Assembly: GCF_964204645.1 (NCBI RefSeq)
Contig: NC_134027.1
Coordinates: 24,824,560 to 24,888,559, forward strand
Length of the DNA: 64,000 nucleotides
From: Tubulanus polymorphus
Lineage: Eukaryota > Animalia > Nemertea
Reading direction: 5' to 3'
In this document: piece after piece, positions 58,166 to 64,000 of the stretch
Layout: every line of letters begins with the position of its first letter
Position numbering within the stretch: the stretch's first letter is position 1
The notes under the pieces: generated by a model
Databases searched by the model: none
Told to the model about the DNA's origin: nothing
What the model saw: the letters and a program-made list of their open reading frames with translations, nothing else
Translations under genes and position numbers: made by a program

Positions 58166-60688
58166 TTATATTTCTTCCTGTGCCTGCGGCTGTTCTTCCT
58201 GTGCCAGCGGCTGTTCTTCTCCGTTTTCTTGCAAGTCTTCTACGATGACGGGCGTGTCCGGTTTTAGAATGAGCCAAACTTCGCTGCGTTTGTTCATCGG
58301 TTTGAATGGAGGATCGTAGTGGACGAAGACCGGTGGATGTTCAGCGAGTACGTAGCCCTTGTCCAAACTCGACACCAACAGCTTCTTCGATTCGGCTATC
58401 CATGTCGCTTCCTTACCGGTAAAACCGGTAAACTTCCTGCGAACGCAAAATATGAACAACATTTACCTAATCGGAATATAATCGTTGAAATTGTTTTTAT
58501 CACACGCTCGGAGATTTGACAAACACTCGGAGAAGTTAGTACCAGTAACCGCAGTAAGAGGCAGAGTCTGCTGTATTCTCAAACCCTTACTCAGTATTTG
58601 ACACCAACTTCGGGTAGAATTTCACCATCTCAGATTTACCACAGTAAGAGATAGAGTCTAATGTCTTTCTCAAACTCTTACTCAGTATTTGACAACAACT
58701 CGGGGTAGAATTTTACCAGAAAGATTAACTGAGTAAGAGACATAGTCTAATGTCAGAGTCTTCCGAATTACGCAAACTCTTACTCAGTACAGTATTTGAC
58801 ACCAATTTGGGATAGAATTTTACCGAACCAGGGTCAAGTTGCACAGTCAGTAAGTCCGAAAGTAGTATTAAATCTTAAGACTGGTCTTAAGGTGTTAGAT
58901 TGGCTATAGAACTAAATTAATCTTAGAATGGTCTTAAGTCTAAGCTATGACTATGCAACCAGCCCCAGATTAAGAGTTAACTGTCTTTTGCAAATTCGTA
59001 TTCGGCATTTGGTACCAACTATAGGGTAGAATTTTACCAGTACCAAAGAGACAGAGTCGACTGTATTTTCTTTGGTCAGTTTTATATAATGTCCAAATAC
59101 GCACTCTACCGTAACTATAATTGTTCAGGTTACCTCACAAGCAGTTTCATCGATGGTTTCTCTTCGATGTACACACCCTCCTCGGTCGGTCTGGGGATGC
59201 CTTTGCCCTCTTCAATCGCCGACTCGTCGAGATAGAAGGACGTCGTAAACGTGTCGTCCACTTCTGTCTCAGTTTCTTGTCGGTCGACCACCGATATCAC
59301 CGGTAAGGTCACTTCGAATGATTTTTCTGCAAAACGATTACATAGAACAGCTTGAATTCTAAATTTCATGATGATGTCACCTTGGTGTGTTATAAGTCCT
59401 TAGATACAGCAACGAACGTGCAATTTTTTAAGATTACAATTTTGTTTCTTTAATTACGATGCATGAACGAGCGTGTAATTTTAGAATCTTAAAACGTTTA
59501 ACGTTTGCTTTTTCATCTGTTATGTTAACGTGCTCTTATAACGATTCTAGAATGCCTCCATAGAATAAATAGCCCGATAACGTCCTCAAAGTCGGCCATC
59601 GCTATGGTCATACCTTGATCGTTTTTGCCCTGGATATATCTGTAACATTTCCAGAATCCATCGCTCAAAGCGTCACTGTATTTCTTCGATGTTACCGTGC
59701 AGCTGATCCAGCGAGTCGTCGGATACTCGCGTTCCTCGTAGTCATTCTGCGCAAAGAAGACAAATTAATAAATCATTTATGAATCTACTACTTTGAGTAT
59801 TATATTATATTATATCATGTTAAGCTGTTGTTCCTTAATTTTGTAAAAATTCTTTAGAAAATAAAATCATATCATATCAACGCACTGGGCACTTATACTT
59901 GTATAAACTCATTATATGTATTGCATGAATGGAACGCGTAAAACAAATATTCTATATTATGAACTGGAACGGAAAAAGGGGGAAAAGGTGAAAAAGGTCA
60001 AGTACGAGAGTGACATTCCGAGTCTTGCGGAGTTATTTTTAATGCAATGTATATCTATAGATTGTGTCAATCACGAGAGGTGTGGATCTGCACTTACGAA
60101 TTGAAGTTATGGTTAAGTAAAGAGAAATACCCGTATAAGGGACAATAAGGAAACGGGAGCCGCTGTCAAATTTTCTCTTCCGTTTAGTAGCGCAGTGCAA
60201 TGAGGGTGCGATGATTTTGCATTCGCTGCGTGACAAGCGGGTTCGAGTCCTGCTGGTTGCTTACAGTGTGCGGCCAACACTTCACGTGGTCCCGTCGCGA
60301 GGCTTAGTGAACGGTCCAGGTGGGAAAACCAAGATCCAAACAATTAGTAAGGTTTAACAAAAGTAAAAAAAATGTATGAATATGCATTGCGTCCCTTCCA
60401 GTAAAGATGGCTGTACCCTTAATCCCCACACGACATCATCAGCCTACTAATTGTGATTCGATCTAAACAGACTCCACCAGAAAACATGGCTGAAAATATC
60501 CAATCACCAGGAGGAAGCTGTGTGACGTCATATCAAATATAGAAGTCGGCCATTTTCTACGGAATGGTAAGCTGGTTTTTTAGTCTCATACTTACAAAGC
60601 TTTCGATGACGTCGAATTTCGGGGAAGCCGTTTTCTTAAGGCCAGTCGCCACCAACAGACCGCTACCCGTAGCTTTCAAATAGTTCAT
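58166..60688 (-). CDS. SOUL/heme-binding protein 2-like, 229 aa
   Basis: Exons 60688-60596, 59746-59614, 59326-59134 and 58436-58166 (690 nt). Motifs SPKFDVI..DYEEREYPTTRWIS, GFWKCYRYIQGKND, TLPV..TSFYL, PRPTEEGVYIEEKP..LLVRKFTGF, and HYDPPFKPMNKRSEVWL. Confidence 0.92.
58545..59070. repeat. Degenerate ~80-95-bp tandem repeat split by a MITE family A copy (58831-58966)
   Basis: GTAAGAG..AGAGTC...CAAACTCTTACTCAGTATTTGACACCAACT..GGGTAGAATTTTACC recurs on both sides of the MITE. Confidence 0.75.
60187..60345 (+). mobile_element. tRNA-derived SINE, second copy
   Basis: GTAGCGCAGTG, TTGCATTCGCT, GGTTCGAGTCCTGCTGGTTGCTTACAGT and the tail GAAAACCAAGATCCAAAC, all shared with 17961-18168. Confidence 0.78.
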
Positions 60689-62394
60689 TGTCGAAATAAG
60701 CTGTGAAAACAATTTTGAAAACTTTTGAAAAATATTGATGAAATACACTGCATTATAGATGCCCCGCCCCTTCCTTCGCGCCACACCCCCTCCAGCGGTT
60801 CAAACCAAAACTGGGTAGAATCGATCATGTTTTTATGAAGATTTTTTCCAAAAATTCCAAAATGAAATGAAAAGTGTTAGATATCTTCTGTACCTTTGAA
60901 AGTCTGTGCTTCGTGCATCTTAATTTCATGTTTGCTTCTAGAAATTTCTAACGGGATTTCTAACTAATTTTCCGAACGGGACAAAAATAACTTTTCAGTC
61001 GAAACGATTAATTTCTCGCCAAATTGTTAAACTGCTATAATTTCAAAACGAATATCTATTGAATCCCTTATAGTTATATCCCGTTGCCATGGTGAAATTC
61101 GCGACAGTAGGCCTAGGTCAAACAGGCATATAATAAAGTATATACGAACTATAACATATAAAACTAAAAGGCTACAATCAGAAGCGAAGACCAATTGAGA
61201 ACTGTGCTAAAATTCAACTGCTAAATAAGCAAACTTTGAAAAAAATATGTTACTTACGTATTCTGCTTTCTTTAAGTTAAGGACGGCAGTACTGCTTATG
61301 ATCTAGGTTCGGCCTACTCGCAGCGGACTGTACGTTAATGAATAAGTTTACAATATATATATATATATCAAAGTCACAGGGAGTTAGGTTTTCTGGTCGG
61401 GTGACTTAATACAAACATTCTGGCGAAATTAGCGCCCGTGAATCTTCGTAACGACGGATTAAAAGGCCTTCGAAGAAAACATTAGAATCTCGTTTGTGCG
61501 TGTACTCGGGTTGTGTAGAGGCGCGTACTATTATATAGACGGTCGCTAGACGATTTGAGGGATTAGCGTGGATTAAAGGGTTGTTTTTGCTTCGTGAATT
61601 GAGACTTTTTAGTTACCGGCACCCCACGTATAACTATCTGCATTCACGAATTAGAAAATTTTAGAATGTTTACGTAATCGTAGATCCGCTGTCGGAATTT
61701 TGTGTTGCCATAAAGTTTGATTTAATAGTTACATTTGAAATGAACTTCTAATTCTCTTGTGGAACTGGGCCCAGGTGCTGCTGCCATAGTCGAGACTTAA
61801 GTCCAAAAGCTGAAGTCTGGTTGTTAGATTGGCTTAAGAACTAAGATGATCTCGAACTGGTCTCATGGCATAACTAACAGGTTCGAGGTTCATTTTTCCC
61901 TCCCGCAACCCGCTGAGCGTTACTCAGTCTATATCACGTCCATTCGGCCCATAGGATACATATTTTTCTGAAATTCCTCAGCTATATTTAAACTAAGCTC
62001 TGCTCATAGTTCAGCTCCTGATCATCAAAATTCCCATCTTAAAAGGGGAAGCGGACAGAAAAGAATAGTCGCCCAAGAAAGCCTACCTAATACTCGATTG
62101 ATCAAACCGAGCCAGGGATTTGTACCGCCAACGTCAACATTGAGGAAAACCTCACTAGCAGGCACGATAACAACTATTTTCGCTTTTTTCTTACGTTTCG
62201 AATGGAGTAATTCCATGCAGCTTCCGATGTAAGAAAACAAAGAATAGCACTCTGAACTGGTTAGGATTGCTGTTGTTTCTACGGTACCCCTTGATGTTTT
62301 TATTGCTCGGTCTGTTTATCTTTAGTTTTGACACACTGCTTCTATTTTAGATCCTGTGAGTTTATATGCTTTGTTACTTGTTTTTCTGGTCATT

Positions 62395-62490
62395 CAACCT
62401 GATGATGGCTGTTAGTCAACAGTCGAAATGTTGTGGTTTCAAAATGATAAATTCTATCCTATAATCTAATTCGAAGTGTGGGATTTCTTC
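62395..62490 (+). mobile_element. Penelope-like terminal fragment with a hammerhead-ribozyme core
   Basis: CTGATGA(62399)-T-GGCTGTT-AGTC-AACAGTC-GAAA(62425)-TGTT. It ends in GTGGGATTTCT, like the arms at 31275-31504. Confidence 0.65.
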
Positions 62491-64000
62491 ATTTATCAAA
62501 GAATAGCAGTTGTTTGAATTGACATCATTGGTGTCTCTTAATGATATTCACCAAAGCTGGAAAAAGTCATAACTATCAACTATTTACTTCAAAGCGCGTT
62601 CTGTCGACCAAACTCTATAAATCTATACATCGATGTTGAAACCAATTATCATTCAATCTACATGAAGAATCTATACCCGACTGTAAACGTCTCTCATTGA
62701 GAGAGAATTCACGATAACAATTCAAACAAATCTTCTTTTTTTATCCTAAGTTTCGGATGGCGCTTCCAATGAAATAAACAAACAAGAAACACGAACAGTT
62801 GTTTTGAATTGATATTGTGAACTTCTCGTAATGATGTTCATCAATACTGGTAATCTCAGCCGAAAAAATTGACGACCAACATTCTACCCCGCATTGATGA
62901 AACCGATTATTGTTACACAGGAAATGACACGAGGCTAATCACGATGCAAGCATTATACGATAGAATTATAAATTTACCAGGAAGTAAAATAGTCAAATTA
63001 TTGCTATGAATCGAATTGAAATTCCCTGAATAGTTGATGTTTTGCGGTCGTTGTTTTCGTCGGGGAGGTCGGGATGACAAGTCACTCCTCAACAAAACTC
63101 CGCTGACGCAACGAGTTTCAAGAAGTGCGTGTATTTATATATTGTATGCCTGGTTAATATGTAAATCTACCGAAGAAATGGCGATGAATAAAAGGAGTCG
63201 GGTAAGCCCATTGTTAATTATCATTCGTAAGCTGTTGACCCGGTCAAGCTAATACAGACCTACCCGCGGCCGGTCCATGTCAGGGATAATACTTAAGACC
63301 AGTCTCACTTGGGGCCAGTTCCATAATTGAGACCTAAGTCTAAAAGTGGTCTTAAAAACCTTAAGGTTGGCCTTAAGCTGTTAGATTAGCTATATATGAA
63401 ACTAAGATGATCTTAAGTCTAAGAGCCACGACTGTGGAACCGGCTGTTTTATGAAAACACTAAAAACTCTACATAACGGTTTCAGCAGTTCTGAGCTATA
63501 TCATTATGAATGTTAGTTCAGGGGCTGGTGCGACTTGGAAAAACCAAGATCCAAACGACGAACAAGCGAAAAAAATACGAACAAAAACAAGAGAAAAACC
63601 AAAACTTCGAAATCGATTAAGGTCAAACGCTTTCAGTGACTGAACCCAGGGCGTCGTTTATCTAAACCAACCGTAATTCCGAACGAAATTTTGATACATT
63701 ACACAATACCGTACTTTCAAGCAGTTCAATGTCTGTCGGTATAGTCTAATTCACCCGCCGAGATAACCTAAGGAAAAACAATTTTGACATTTTGAATAAT
63801 TGGCCTCATTTACTTTCTGATAAAGAAACTGTTGGTCAAATTAGAGCCAATGGACATCTGTGTCGAGCTATATAAACCAGTTTAAGAAGTTCTGCAAAAT
63901 TAAGTTGTTTTCACGATTTTGCTGGTTTTGTTGTTCATCCAGGTTATTGGTATTTCGGTAGTGTTGATATCGGTCTTATTCTATCTAGCTGATCACACTG

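Noticed and set aside
62025-62240. 71-aa ORF next to the hammerhead motif as a possible Penelope ORF fragment
   Set aside because: No RT or GIY-YIG motif is recognisable, so it cannot be assigned without a search.

Overview
Eukaryotic DNA from an intron-rich invertebrate animal; the family mix suggests a marine lophotrochozoan, which is my inference. No prokaryotic, CRISPR or rRNA features are present. By reading GT/AG splice sites and checking codon phase by hand I reconstructed nine protein-coding genes: an atypical class A GPCR (-); a multi-Tudor, Krimper-like piRNA-pathway candidate whose 3' end is not found in the window (-); a secreted F-type-lectin/mucin/PAN protein (+); an intronless peptide-type GPCR (+); a stand-alone triple cyclic-nucleotide-binding-domain protein (+); a secreted PAN + C-type lectin (-); a 13-exon clan-3 cytochrome P450 (-); TMEM26 (-); and a SOUL/HEBP2 heme-binding protein (-). 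Introns and intergenic DNA hold many minisatellites, several MITE families (piggyBac-like, Harbinger-like, hAT-like), a tRNA-derived SINE, a LINE 3' end and Penelope-type hammerhead-ribozyme motifs. The most notable points are: two convergent genes whose stop codons are 2 nt apart; a 230-bp intronic palindrome carrying two opposed hammerhead cores; a GPCR apparently nested on the same strand inside the Tudor gene; and a 39-bp dispersed minisatellite that stays in frame after a splice donor. All family assignments come from motif recognition, not database searches.
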